Assembly (NCBI GenBank): GCA_030595835.1
Contig: JAUVLG010000002.1
Span: 19,147 to 83,146 of the forward strand
Source: Candidatus Eiseniibacteriota bacterium
Lineage (GTDB): Bacteria; Joyebacterota; Joyebacteria; Joyebacterales; Joyebacteraceae
Reading direction: 5' to 3'
Length of the DNA stretch: 64,000 bases
Position numbers and translations under genes: made by a program. How positions within the stretch are numbered: the stretch's first letter is position 1; every line of letters starts with the position of its first letter. Below, in pieces: positions 9,486 to 18,972 of this stretch. Below the pieces are notes generated by a model, which was given only the letters and a program-made list of their open reading frames with translations, did not search any database and was not told the origin of the DNA.

Positions 9486-12400
9486 CTACTTGAGCATCAC
9501 CATCTTCCTGGTCGCGTTCCAGGTGTCCACCGACAGGCGGCAGAAGTAGACGCCGGAGGCCACGGATTCCCCGTGGTCGTTCCGTCCGTCCCAGCTGGCA
9601 ACGTGGTTGCCGGCGTGCCCCGTCTCGTCCAGCACCGTGGCGATGCGCCTGCCCGCGACGTCGTAGATGTGCATCCGCACTCTGGCTCCGTCGTTCGCCA
9701 CCGAGTATCGGATCGACGTCGACGGATTGAAGGGATTGGGCGAGTTCTGCGAGAGCCGGTTGGCTCGGCCGATTCCGACGTCATCAACGCCGGTCGTGCC
9801 TATCAGGTCAGAGCCGTCCAGTATGCGCGTGACGTACTCGAGGCGTGTGGATGGATGAGAGCCGTCGGTCATTCCGCCCAGCAGGACTGGCACCATGTAG
9901 CGGCGGCCGCCCGTAGCAGCGTCGACGTAGAGCGCGCCGCGTTCCAGCCCGGCCTGGTCGAGCCAAACGAGCTCAGTGCCCGCGTCACCGTTCGGTCCCA
10001 CCTCACCCACGAACTGATCGCTCCATCCCTGGTAGTCGTAGTCGAACGACAAATCCTGCGTCGGCTCTCCCGATTGCCCGGCCACGGACTCGACGTTTCC
10101 GTCTCCCTTGCCGAGCCCGGTGACGTACGTTGCGTGGAATCTGTTCCAGAGGTCGAGCGCCGTCGGGCTGCCGTTGATGTAGTAGGAGCCGCCGAACATC
10201 GGCTCCTCGACGTAGACGTCACCGCCGGCGTCAAGAAAGCTCGTGAGCGCGGCCGCCTCGTCGTCGGTCATCTGCACGTTGGCGCCCGGTTCTCCGAAGT
10301 TGACGACGCCACCGAGGTAGATGATGAGTTCGAAGGGGGAGAGGTCGGCGGGGAGCGTCTCGGAGACGGAGTACAGCTCACCGACCGACTCGAGGGCCTC
10401 GATCCACGGTATCTCGCTGCCGTCGGCCGTGGTGTAATCGTCCCCGATCCCGTCGAACGGCTTATCGCCGTCATCGGCATCCCACAACAGGATGCTGGAG
10501 TTCACGCTGGCAGCGATCGGCCCCTTGGACCACACTTCCGTCCGCTCGTTACCCGAGAGGTCGACGGCGGTGAGCGCGTAGTAGTAGTGCTGCTTGTTCT
10601 CCGCAGTGACGTCGGTCCAGTCTGTCATGGCCGCGTCCAGCAGGTCCGTTGCTATGGGCGTCATCTCGGTGACATCCGAGAAGCGCTCGGTGTCGCGGTA
10701 GACCCGGTAGTGCGCGAAGTCGGACGGAGGTGCGTAGCCCGCCCAGTCCAGAAGGATGGCTCCACCTACGTCGAACGGATCGGCGGGTATCAGGTTATCG
10801 ACGGCCGCCGGGGCGTCTGTGTCCGGGGGCTGGTCGACGATGGACATGCTGCCCTCGTAGGGAAGGATGCCCTGGCCAGTGACCACGATCGTCATCGTTC
10901 CCTCGACGGTCGGCGCCGGAGACAACGTCGCCACGCCGTCGGGTCCGGTCGTCGCGACGACCGACAGCTCGCTGCAGGACAGGAACACGGTGGCGCCGTC
11001 GATCGCCTCGCCGTCTCGCGACACGGCCACGAGCAGCTCGTGCTCACCCAACGGTATCTCGCCGGCGTGCGCGACAGTGGACGTAACCGGATTCCTGGTC
11101 CATATGCGAGTCTCGGGATCGCCGAGCAGGTTGAGTTCGTAGAGAGTGTAGCGCGTGTAGCGTTCGGATCTCGCCAGTTCGACGAACGCGTCCTTGTGGG
11201 CCGCGTGGGCGACTCCCGCGTGCTCCAGTCCCTCGTTGAAGAGCTTGCTGAAGAACTCCCTGTCGAACTCGTCGCCGGTTCCATTGCCGGGGTTGCCGGG
11301 CGAGCCCCATCCATACCGGCTGTTGCCGACGTAGGCTATCCCGCCGCCGCCCGGTGAGTTGAGCCAGTGTTCCGCTATGCAGTCCCTGTCTATTGCCGCG
11401 GACCAGCAGCCCATTGAGTAGAACAGGCCGTAGCGGGGAGCGTTGGTCAGACCGTCGAAGTCCGAGCGGTAGAGCGCTCCGCTTCCGATGCACAGGACCG
11501 TCGTGTTGGCGTGACCGTTGTGGTTGATGATGTTGTAGCCGGTGTTCATCGCGGCGACGGCGCTCGAACGCGACAGGTTACCGCTCGTCTCATAGAGCTT
11601 CGTGATGGGATCGTATAGCTCCGGCACCGACTCGTCGTCGATCATGTTCTTGCAGATGGCGTGATCGGTCCAGGGGTTGGTCCAGAGAACCTCGGCCATG
11701 AAGAGTATATTCTCCAGATAGTCCGTCGGCAGCGGGTCGCCTCCCGGCGCTCCCTCGTAGGTCAGGACCTTGTTGACGAAGCGCGCGGCCTCGGTCGTGT
11801 TGTCGACCGGAGCGCGCCCGACGAACACGTCGGCATACATATCGATCTCGTCGAGCGAGATCTGGCCATACGTGCCGTTGCCGTTCGCGTCCCACGTGCC
11901 ATCGAGGTCGCCGTAGTACAGGTCGCAGCGGATCTGGTCTTCGTCCGGTGCGCCGCCGACGCCGGATGTCATTGCGTAGACCGTGCGGGCCGGGACGACG
12001 CCGGTGTCGCCTCCAAGAAGCACCCACATCGTGCCTTTGTTCTCGTAGTAGTCGATGATGCAGTTCCGGATCTGGTCCTGCTCGTCGACACCCGTGTAGT
12101 TGGAGTAGATCCACGTCGTGGTCACTACCTCGGTCGTCAGCCCCTTCTGCGCCTTCCAGTCAGCCAGTGTCTGGAATGTCGATTCGTAAGCGGAAGGAGC
12201 GATGATCAGGTAGTCGACCTCGCCGCGGCCGGCTCTGGGACCTGCCGATCGATCGATCACGTCTTCCGGATTGACGACGAGCGAGCGCGAACGCTCCGCG
12301 GCGGCGCTGGCCGACCTTGCGGAGAGCGGACCCGGGACCCGGGCCGTATTCGGCGCGAACTCGATCTTGAGAGATATCTCAGTGGTCTCATTGACGTAAA

Positions 12401-12902
12401 GCTTCCGCTCGGAGGCCACATACTGGACAGGGTAGAACGCAACGGTCGCGATCCCCTGGCCGGAGGCTGAGCCCGAGCCCAGGAGGACGCAGCTTCGCTC
12501 GGGGTAGGGACGCGACGATGCGTATGCCTCGGCATCCGCGTCGACCCAGGCAGCCGCCTCGAGTGTCGAGAGCGGTACCTCTGGCTGGCGTGGCCGCACC
12601 AGGAATGAGCCGGGACGTTCGCCCCGCGACAGGACCGTCGCCTCCGCACTCACCGCCACTGCCCCGTCTGGGAGAGCGAACCTGACGAGCATGAGCGGTA
12701 GTTCCGGGTACCCTTCTTCATGCGTCGTCAGTTCGCCTCGAAGGCGGACGACATCGAAGCCGTCTACCTGCTCGACGAAGAGATCCTGTTCCGCTACCTC
12801 CACTGTCGTCGTCAGCGCACTCTGTGACGCGAGAGCCATAGACGTGAGGGCGCAGAGAGCGGCGACAGTAGACAGCACTATCCGAAGACCGGACAGGCGC
12901 AT
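9486..12902 (-). CDS. Secreted C25 (gingipain-like) cysteine peptidase with FN3-like domain and FlgD-like/T9SS C-terminal sorting domain (1138 aa)
   Basis: Signal peptide MRLSGLRIVLSTVAALCALTSMALA. C25 core: VDYLIIAPSAYESTFQTLADWKAQKGLTTEVV...WVLLGGDTGVVPARTVYA; NHNGHAN His motif and SMGCWSAAID Cys motif. C-terminus NSPNPFNPSTSIRYSV...IYDVAGRRIATVLDETGHAGNHVASWDGRNDHGESVASGVYFCRLSVDTWNATRKMVMLK. Confidence 0.85.
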   Translation of the reverse strand: MRLSGLRIVLSTVAALCALTSMALASQSALTTTVEVAEQDLFVEQVDGFDVVRLRGELTTHEEGYPELPLMLVRFALPDGAVAVSAEATVLSRGERPGSFLVRPRQPEVPLSTLEAAAWVDADAEAYASSRPYPERSCVLLGSGSASGQGIATVAFYPVQYVASERKLYVNETTEISLKIEFAPNTARVPGPLSARSASAAAERSRSLVVNPEDVIDRSAGPRAGRGEVDYLIIAPSAYESTFQTLADWKAQKGLTTEVVTTTWIYSNYTGVDEQDQIRNCIIDYYENKGTMWVLLGGDTGVVPARTVYAMTSGVGGAPDEDQIRCDLYYGDLDGTWDANGNGTYGQISLDEIDMYADVFVGRAPVDNTTEAARFVNKVLTYEGAPGGDPLPTDYLENILFMAEVLWTNPWTDHAICKNMIDDESVPELYDPITKLYETSGNLSRSSAVAAMNTGYNIINHNGHANTTVLCIGSGALYRSDFDGLTNAPRYGLFYSMGCWSAAIDRDCIAEHWLNSPGGGGIAYVGNSRYGWGSPGNPGNGTGDEFDREFFSKLFNEGLEHAGVAHAAHKDAFVELARSERYTRYTLYELNLLGDPETRIWTRNPVTSTVAHAGEIPLGEHELLVAVSRDGEAIDGATVFLSCSELSVVATTGPDGVATLSPAPTVEGTMTIVVTGQGILPYEGSMSIVDQPPDTDAPAAVDNLIPADPFDVGGAILLDWAGYAPPSDFAHYRVYRDTERFSDVTEMTPIATDLLDAAMTDWTDVTAENKQHYYYALTAVDLSGNERTEVWSKGPIAASVNSSILLWDADDGDKPFDGIGDDYTTADGSEIPWIEALESVGELYSVSETLPADLSPFELIIYLGGVVNFGEPGANVQMTDDEAAALTSFLDAGGDVYVEEPMFGGSYYINGSPTALDLWNRFHATYVTGLGKGDGNVESVAGQSGEPTQDLSFDYDYQGWSDQFVGEVGPNGDAGTELVWLDQAGLERGALYVDAATGGRRYMVPVLLGGMTDGSHPSTRLEYVTRILDGSDLIGTTGVDDVGIGRANRLSQNSPNPFNPSTSIRYSVANDGARVRMHIYDVAGRRIATVLDETGHAGNHVASWDGRNDHGESVASGVYFCRLSVDTWNATRKMVMLK

Positions 12903-12953
12903 GGGAATCCTCCTCCTCCGGGATCATCTGTGGCTAACTTGTTCAATCACCTC

Positions 12954-12982
12954 ATTTTAACTCATTTGACCGTCTTAGTCAA
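12954..12982 (-). promoter_or_regulatory. Near-consensus sigma70-type promoter for the second C25 peptidase gene
   Basis: Minus strand: TTGACT (rc of 12977-12982), 17-nt spacer, TAAAAT (rc of 12954-12959), about 50 nt upstream of the ATG at 12902, with RBS GGAGGAGGA. Confidence 0.45.
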
Positions 12983-13275
12983 GGAATACTGATTCAGGAA
13001 AGAGTCACACCCCACGCGACAAACGCGGCCGGGGCAGGGAATCGCACACGACGGGCCGGTGACAGCGAGTGTGACCGATCTGAGAGGAGACTGCAAAAGC
13101 CGAGGCGCGACCGTCACTCGGGATCCATGGTCGGTCCCGAGGGCGAGCCGCGCCTCTCGTCCTGCATCCTGCTCAGTGGCTCGGAGGTCCGCCCCGCCCA
13201 AGTCGCTCAGGTTCGGGCGGCGTTGCTCCTCCTGTGCACTTCCTCGAGAACCGCACTGACGCCGGCTGCTCGATG

Positions 13276-14502
13276 TTACCTGTAGAGCGCCTTGATCTGT
13301 GTCCAGGACGTGTTCTCCACCGGGCTCTCGTGGTTGCCCAGGAATGTGACGTCGTCGATCATGGCTCCGGCATCACCACCACCGGCAGGCCCGCATCCAT
13401 TGTCTGTGGTGTACATCACCCACAGGAAGCCGCCCCAAGTGTAGGGACCGGGGAAGTCGAACTGCGTGATGTCATAGCCGATGTTGTAGGCCGTGCCACC
13501 CCAGCCGTCGCACGAACCGAAGTCGCCCCAATACGCCGCGATGCCGTAGTAGTCGGCGCCGTTGGATGTGCCGTTGAAAGTTATGTAGTCGTTGTCGACC
13601 GTCGGGATCGCGAAGTGGATGGCGAACCGGACCGTGCAGCTCAGGGCGCCTACCAGATTGACGAGAGGAGAGTAGAGGGCATTCTGCAGCATCGGCGGGA
13701 CGAAGCTCGTGTCGGCGTCATCACCACACCACCAGCTGTGCGGGTCGCTATAGGCCGGGCAGCACCTGTCGATCAGGTGCCAGAAGTCACCGGCAGCGCC
13801 GGGAACGGCCGGGATCAGATTGACCTGGTCGTCGGCGTTGTCGTAGAAATACACATAGCCGCCGAAGTAGTCAAAGACCTTGACCATGTCGCACATGAAA
13901 CCACCACCGACGGACAGATAGAGAGCGTCCTGATCGGACCAGGCGCCGTCCGACAGGAAGCGGAAACGAGCGTTGAGCGGATTGTCGTATGTAGCGAGGA
14001 TGAAACCGTAGAGACCAATGTCGGTCCACGGCTGCGTCCCGTCGTAGCCACGGTTCAGGTCCACGAAGACGCCGAGGCTCTCGGCCTGCACGTACGTGTA
14101 GTCGTAGCCCGTCTCCGAATCGTGACGGAACGCGTATGTCAGGATCGGATACGTGGCGCCGCTCAGGTCCAGCGTCGGGATGACCAGTCTGTCGTCCCAG
14201 CTGTTGCCGTAGCCACCGTCGGCGTCGTAGTCGAAGTTGCCGCACCACCAGGAGTGTGCGCCCTCGTAGGCCATATACGTGTCAATGTGGAAGTGCGGGG
14301 ACGCGCCGGCGCTGAAGTCGGCGGTCGAGTACCCGCTGACGTCACCTTCCATGTCGTCAAACGAGAACTCAATGTTAGGCCATCTCTCACTCTCATATCC
14401 GATATCGTAGACGGGTGAGGCGACCAGCTTGCTGGCCTGGACCTGCCCGCACGCAAGTATCACGAGCGCGAGCGCCGTCAAAAGGATCGTCGTCCTCTTC
14501 AC
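13276..14502 (-). CDS. Secreted hypothetical protein built from two tandem ~170-aa modules sharing an HSWWCG motif (possible beta-sandwich adhesin/MAM-like modules)
   Basis: Signal peptide MKRTTILLTALALVILACGQVQA. Internal duplication: ...YEGAHSWWCGNFDYDADGG...GGGFMCDMVKVFDY versus ...YSDPHSWWCGDDADTSF...GGDAGAMIDDVTFLGN. The plus-strand ORF over the same region is R/V-rich antisense junk. Confidence 0.6.
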   Translation of the reverse strand: MKRTTILLTALALVILACGQVQASKLVASPVYDIGYESERWPNIEFSFDDMEGDVSGYSTADFSAGASPHFHIDTYMAYEGAHSWWCGNFDYDADGGYGNSWDDRLVIPTLDLSGATYPILTYAFRHDSETGYDYTYVQAESLGVFVDLNRGYDGTQPWTDIGLYGFILATYDNPLNARFRFLSDGAWSDQDALYLSVGGGFMCDMVKVFDYFGGYVYFYDNADDQVNLIPAVPGAAGDFWHLIDRCCPAYSDPHSWWCGDDADTSFVPPMLQNALYSPLVNLVGALSCTVRFAIHFAIPTVDNDYITFNGTSNGADYYGIAAYWGDFGSCDGWGGTAYNIGYDITQFDFPGPYTWGGFLWVMYTTDNGCGPAGGGDAGAMIDDVTFLGNHESPVENTSWTQIKALYR

Positions 14503-14838
14503 TGGACACCTCCTTAGTGTAGCGAGCCACGCGGACGCGCACCGACATCTACAGGGGCGCGGCCACGTCCCATTGGACTCCGCAGGTCATTCTCGGGGCA
14601 CCAGTCCTCGGGTGTCAACAGAAAAAGAGCGGCGCGCACCGGACGACGTGCGATATAGAGGAATGGATTCAGGGGCCTCACGCCGAAGGTGGCGCGGGTG
14701 GGCGGCAACGTGCTGCTTGACAGAGGGGTCCGACTGGCCCTATAAGATGAGGGCGACCCGTCGTCTACTGATGGGTCGTGTGCGGATGGTGCGCGGAACT
14801 GCCGCGCGCAGGCCGCAGGGCGCAGATACGGAGGCAGT

Positions 14839-16056
14839 TTGCACAAAGACACCGTGGTCATAGTCCTGGCAGGAGGCAAGGGAGAGCGTCTCTGGCCTCT
14901 CACGCGGGACCGGGCCAAGCCCGCCGTGCCCTTCGGTGGCATCTATAGGATCGTCGACTTCAGCCTTTCCAACGCCATGAACTCGGGTCTCAGGCGGATC
15001 TTCGTCCTCACACAGTACAAGTCCATCTCGCTGACCAGACACCTTCGGCGCGGATGGGATCACCTGAGCTATGCCCTCGGGGAGTTCATCGAGAACGTGC
15101 CCGCGCAGCAGCGGCTCGGCGAGGTCTGGTACAGGGGGACCGCTGATGCCATCTGGCAGAACGTCTACCTCCTGGACCAGCTGAAGCCCAAGCCACGCTA
15201 CGTCTTGGTGCTCTCGGGAGATCACGTTTATCAGATGGACTACAACGGTCTCCTCGCGTACCACGCGGCCTCGGGTGGCAGCGCGACCGTGTGCGCACAG
15301 GAGAGGCCCGTAGAGGAGGCCTCCGAGTTCGGTGTGCTTCAGGTGGACGACGCATTCCGCGTCCGCGGCTTCCAGGAGAAGCCCGAGCGGCCCGACACCA
15401 TTCCTGGGAAGCCCGACCGCGTGCTGGCCTCCATGGGGGTCTACGTCTTCAACACCGATTTCATGATAGAGCGTCTGAGCGAGGCCGCTGAGCGAGGCAT
15501 GTTTGACTTCGGGCACGACCTTCTGCCCGAGATGACAGAGAGGGAAGACGACCTTCGGGCGTATGTCTTCGGTGAGAACGGAGCGCGGGGTTACTGGCGA
15601 GACGTCGGCACCATTGATGCGTATTGGGCGGCCAACATGGACCTCGTGAGTCCGATTCCTGAGCTCAATCTCTATGACAGGGAATGGCCGATCCACACAT
15701 ACCAGGGTAGGTTCCCGCCCGCCAAGTTCCTCCACGACGGTGCCCAGGAGGGCGACAGGATGGGCGTCGCGGTCGACTCGATAGTATCGACCGGCTGCAT
15801 CATCTCCGGCGGCCGGATCCACAGGTGCGTGCTCTCCCCGCGAGTGCGGACGAACAGCTACAGCTATGCGTTCGAGTCCATTCTGATGGAGGACGTCGAC
15901 GTCGGACGGTACGTCAAGCTCCGCCGCGTCATTGTGGACAAGGGCGTGCAGATCCCCCCCAGGACCCAGATCGGGTACGATCCCGAGGAAGACGCGCGGC
16001 GATTCACGATCACGAACAGTGGCGTGGTCGTCGTGCCCAAGGGGTTCACTTTCTAG
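14839..16056 (+). CDS. glgC: Glucose-1-phosphate adenylyltransferase
   Basis: 405 aa; VIVLAGGKGERLWPLTRDRAKPAVPFGGIYRIVDFSLSNAMNSGLRRIFVLTQYKS... is the canonical ADP-glucose pyrophosphorylase N-terminus, and the C-terminus has the left-handed beta-helix. Confidence 0.9.
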   Translation: MHKDTVVIVLAGGKGERLWPLTRDRAKPAVPFGGIYRIVDFSLSNAMNSGLRRIFVLTQYKSISLTRHLRRGWDHLSYALGEFIENVPAQQRLGEVWYRGTADAIWQNVYLLDQLKPKPRYVLVLSGDHVYQMDYNGLLAYHAASGGSATVCAQERPVEEASEFGVLQVDDAFRVRGFQEKPERPDTIPGKPDRVLASMGVYVFNTDFMIERLSEAAERGMFDFGHDLLPEMTEREDDLRAYVFGENGARGYWRDVGTIDAYWAANMDLVSPIPELNLYDREWPIHTYQGRFPPAKFLHDGAQEGDRMGVAVDSIVSTGCIISGGRIHRCVLSPRVRTNSYSYAFESILMEDVDVGRYVKLRRVIVDKGVQIPPRTQIGYDPEEDARRFTITNSGVVVVPKGFTF

Positions 16057-16153
16057 CATCGACTTGCAGTGAACGTGTTGTTGGGACGCAACTTGTTGTG
16101 CCCGCGGCCTGTCAGAACATATGGAACCTCGTTCCGGATGCCCTCCTGGAGTG

Positions 16154-16924
16154 ATGGACGGAACAGCCATGTCCGAACGCCCTCAGTACATCACGAAGAT
16201 CCGACGCGGACGCGAGCGGCGCTACCGGCGCACGATCGCCTGGTCGACCGCCGGAGCTGTCGTCTTCCACATTCTGTTGGTTTTGATAATCGCTACCTTC
16301 AGAGAGCGGCCCCATCTCGTCATGCGCAGTGGCTACAGGGGAGAGTTCCGCCTGCTTCCGGCGATCTCGATTCTGAGGGAGCCGGACGTGACGGAGAGCG
16401 AGGCGCAGGCCAGAGGCAGAGAGTTGGGGAGCTCCGGTTTCACGGTGGTCAACCTGGTCGTTGCCGAACACGCGCTGTCGAGGAAGACCCCGATCGAGTC
16501 CGAGGTCGAGGAGCTGGATCGGGCACTGGGGGATGACCCCCGGAATCTGCGCGATACATCCCTCCCGCAGCCTGCCGGCCAGGAGATCGTGATCGAACAC
16601 CTCGTGGAGCCCATCTACCCGCAGTCCGCGATCGACCGGGAGATCGAGGGCGTGGCGGTCTTCGTGATCAGCGTGGATGCGACGGGCGAGGTCCGCAACG
16701 CCCGGCTCGTCGAGTCCGAGGTCAGTGGGGACTGCAACATCGAGGCGCAGCGCGCGCTGCTGCAGTGGAGGTTCGCTCCTTATCTCGTCGATGGCAGGGC
16801 GATTCCCTTCCACAAGTTCTACCGGATACAATTCGACCTCCTCGATGAGTTCCAGCGCGTCCAAGAGGCTCGTTCGAGAGAGAAGAAGCGGCGTGCGCTG
16901 CCTGCTCCACGAACTGCCCCGTAG
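16154..16924 (+). CDS. TonB-family protein (energy transducer TonB C-terminal domain)
   Basis: N-terminal TM segment (TIAWSTAGAVVFHILLVLIIATF) and a C-terminal TonB-like domain (IEHLVEPIYPQSAIDREIEGVAVFVISVDATGEVRNARLVESEVSGDCNIEAQRALLQWRFAPYLVDGRAIPF). Start is ambiguous (ATG 16154 or 16169). Confidence 0.7.
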   Translation: MDGTAMSERPQYITKIRRGRERRYRRTIAWSTAGAVVFHILLVLIIATFRERPHLVMRSGYRGEFRLLPAISILREPDVTESEAQARGRELGSSGFTVVNLVVAEHALSRKTPIESEVEELDRALGDDPRNLRDTSLPQPAGQEIVIEHLVEPIYPQSAIDREIEGVAVFVISVDATGEVRNARLVESEVSGDCNIEAQRALLQWRFAPYLVDGRAIPFHKFYRIQFDLLDEFQRVQEARSREKKRRALPAPRTAP

Positions 16925-17051
16925 AACACACACCCGCCGGCCGTGCGGGCGGGCACGCTCCCGTCCTTGACACGAGCCTGTCCGCTGGGCGAGACTCGGC
17001 GGACGTCCGGGCGCACTGCGCGCGGCGACTGACGACACTCTCCCGAGCGAG

Positions 17052-18965
17052 GTGCAGATGAGTTTCAACAGGCGCTCCAGGTTTCCTCTCGCGCGGGCGT
17101 GTGCCGCCGCGCTTGTCGCCACGGTTCTTCTGGCGATACCCGCGGCGAACGGTGCGCGGGCGGACACTCCCGAGGGGTACTTCGTTTCCGTGGAGGAACT
17201 GAAGCGGGGCGACAGGTGCGTCGGGCGGACCGTTTTCGTCGGCACCGAGATCGAGGAATTCGAGCTTCTGATACTCGGAGTGATCCGCGGCGCCGCGCCT
17301 GGCACTGACCTCATAATCGGCAGGGCGGGAGGTGCTCTGCTCGAGAGAACCGGGATACTCGAGGGCATGAGCGGCAGTCCAGTCTACAAGGACGGGAGGC
17401 TCATCGGCGCGATCTCGTCGACGTGGCAGTTCAGCAAAGAGCCCATCGCGGGGATCACCCCGATCGGAGAGATGCTGCCGGCGCTGGAACTGATGGACAC
17501 AGAGGGTCACGCGAGCGGCCGCCCTGGCCTGGATGAACTTCCAGGGCTCGCTATGCTGCCCGAGGGCGAGAGGGCTGCTTCGTCTCTCGCGCGGATCTGC
17601 GATACGGCGGGTATGCTCGAGCGGCGGATCGACCTGCACTCCGCATCGAACGCGGTCGCGTTCGGTGATCGTGTGCTGTCCCCAATAGCGGCCCCTCTGG
17701 TCGTCTCGGGCGCGAACGCGGACTACGTCCATCGCGCGTCCCGAATACTCGGGCCCGGAGTTGCGCCGCTGCTCGGATCCGGCGTCGCGCCCGGCCCCGC
17801 GGCTGTCCCCGGGTCTTCGTCGGGAGCGGGATGGAACGCCGGGGAACTCGAGCCCGGTTCCGCCGTGGGGATCCAGTTCGTGAGAGGGGACGTCAACTGG
17901 ACCGCGATCGGCACTGTCACACATCGCGACGGCGACCGACTTGTCGCGTTCGGCCACCCGCTCTTCAACGCGGGAGCCATCGACATGCCGATGGTTGCAG
18001 CCTTCGTCCACGCCGTCATGCCCATTCAATCCATGTCGTTCAAGTATGCGTCCGGGGGAGAACTCCTCGGGACCATCAAGGAGGACAGGAACAGGGCCGT
18101 GGCGGGCATCGTTGGCCCGGGACCGCCCATGGTCCCGTTCACGGTGAACATACGTGCGAATGGCGGCGAGCGCCTCTTCGAGTTCGAGACGGTGAGCAAC
18201 CGCCCCTACACTGCGCTCTTCAGTGGCCTGGCCTTCGGCGGGGCGGTATCGAGCGCCGTGAAGGCCTCGGGTCCCGTGACCGTCGACATGAGCGTCCGGA
18301 TCGACACCGGGGAGGAGATGGTGGAGTACCGCGACGTCTTTCACACGACCGAGCCCGCGATGAGGTGCAGTGGCGAGCTGTCGCTCCTTCTGTCGTTCAT
18401 CGCGGAGAACGCGTTCGAGGAGAGGGAGCTTCGGGGAGTCGAGCTCGATGTGACCATTCGGGAGGGAGATTCCTGGACGGTGATCTCTCGTGTCGACGCC
18501 GACAGGAAGGTCTACCGGCCCGGCGACGACGTGACGCTCCGCCTGTTCATGCGTCCCCGACAAGGCGACCCGTTCGAACGCGAACTGTCCCTGCGGATCC
18601 CCAACTCGATCACGCCCGGCGCGCTCACGGTGCGAGTCGGCGATGCCGTGTCGTTCCATCTGGGTGAGCGGGACCGGCTGGCGGCCGGAGCGGCGCCGCG
18701 AAGCTACGAGCAGCTCCTGAATCTCATCAGGGACGCCAAGCCCGGGAACATCGTGGTCGCCCAGCTGCTCTCCGACAGCCCGAGCCTGTCGCTGTCGGGG
18801 GACGAGATGCGCGGTATCCCCGGTCGGGCGGGCCTCGCGATGGCGTCGAGCGCGACGAGCGGGGCCGTCGATCCGTCCATGTTCTCCGTGCTGAGAGAAC
18901 GCGAGCTCGCCGTTGAGGGCCAGGTTGTGGGGTCCTTCGAGATGACCATTCACGTCAGGGAATAG
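17052..18965 (+). CDS. Secreted protein with SpoIVB/S55-like GMSGSP serine motif (divergent, possibly non-canonical peptidase)
   Basis: Signal peptide MQMSFNRRSRFPLARACAAALVATVLLAIPAANGARA; the motif LEGMSGSPVYKDGRLIGAISSTW closely resembles the SpoIVB (MEROPS S55) active-site Ser region. No His is found upstream within the short N-terminal region, so the catalytic architecture is uncertain. Confidence 0.55.
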   Translation: MQMSFNRRSRFPLARACAAALVATVLLAIPAANGARADTPEGYFVSVEELKRGDRCVGRTVFVGTEIEEFELLILGVIRGAAPGTDLIIGRAGGALLERTGILEGMSGSPVYKDGRLIGAISSTWQFSKEPIAGITPIGEMLPALELMDTEGHASGRPGLDELPGLAMLPEGERAASSLARICDTAGMLERRIDLHSASNAVAFGDRVLSPIAAPLVVSGANADYVHRASRILGPGVAPLLGSGVAPGPAAVPGSSSGAGWNAGELEPGSAVGIQFVRGDVNWTAIGTVTHRDGDRLVAFGHPLFNAGAIDMPMVAAFVHAVMPIQSMSFKYASGGELLGTIKEDRNRAVAGIVGPGPPMVPFTVNIRANGGERLFEFETVSNRPYTALFSGLAFGGAVSSAVKASGPVTVDMSVRIDTGEEMVEYRDVFHTTEPAMRCSGELSLLLSFIAENAFEERELRGVELDVTIREGDSWTVISRVDADRKVYRPGDDVTLRLFMRPRQGDPFERELSLRIPNSITPGALTVRVGDAVSFHLGERDRLAAGAAPRSYEQLLNLIRDAKPGNIVVAQLLSDSPSLSLSGDEMRGIPGRAGLAMASSATSGAVDPSMFSVLRERELAVEGQVVGSFEMTIHVRE

Positions 18966-18972
18966 CAGCGGA

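Noticed and set aside
9372-11357. 661-aa plus-strand ORF
   Set aside because: Antisense to the second C25 peptidase gene. It is Arg/Val/Gly-rich with no recognisable domains, typical of high-GC shadow ORFs, while the minus-strand gene has a signal peptide, C25 motifs and a sorting tail.
13234-14418. 394-aa plus-strand ORF overlapping 13276-14502
   Set aside because: The opposite-strand frame has a signal peptide and an internally repeated Trp/Tyr/Gly-rich extracellular-type composition; the plus ORF is V/R/D/G-rich shadow.
14740-16170. 476-aa minus-strand ORF
   Set aside because: Antisense to glgC, which has unmistakable ADP-glucose pyrophosphorylase motifs.
16057-16924. TonB-like gene as part of a TonB-ExbBD or TonB-dependent receptor system
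   Set aside because: No exbB/exbD or TonB-dependent receptor genes flank it; it directly follows glgC. It is called only as a stand-alone TonB-family protein.
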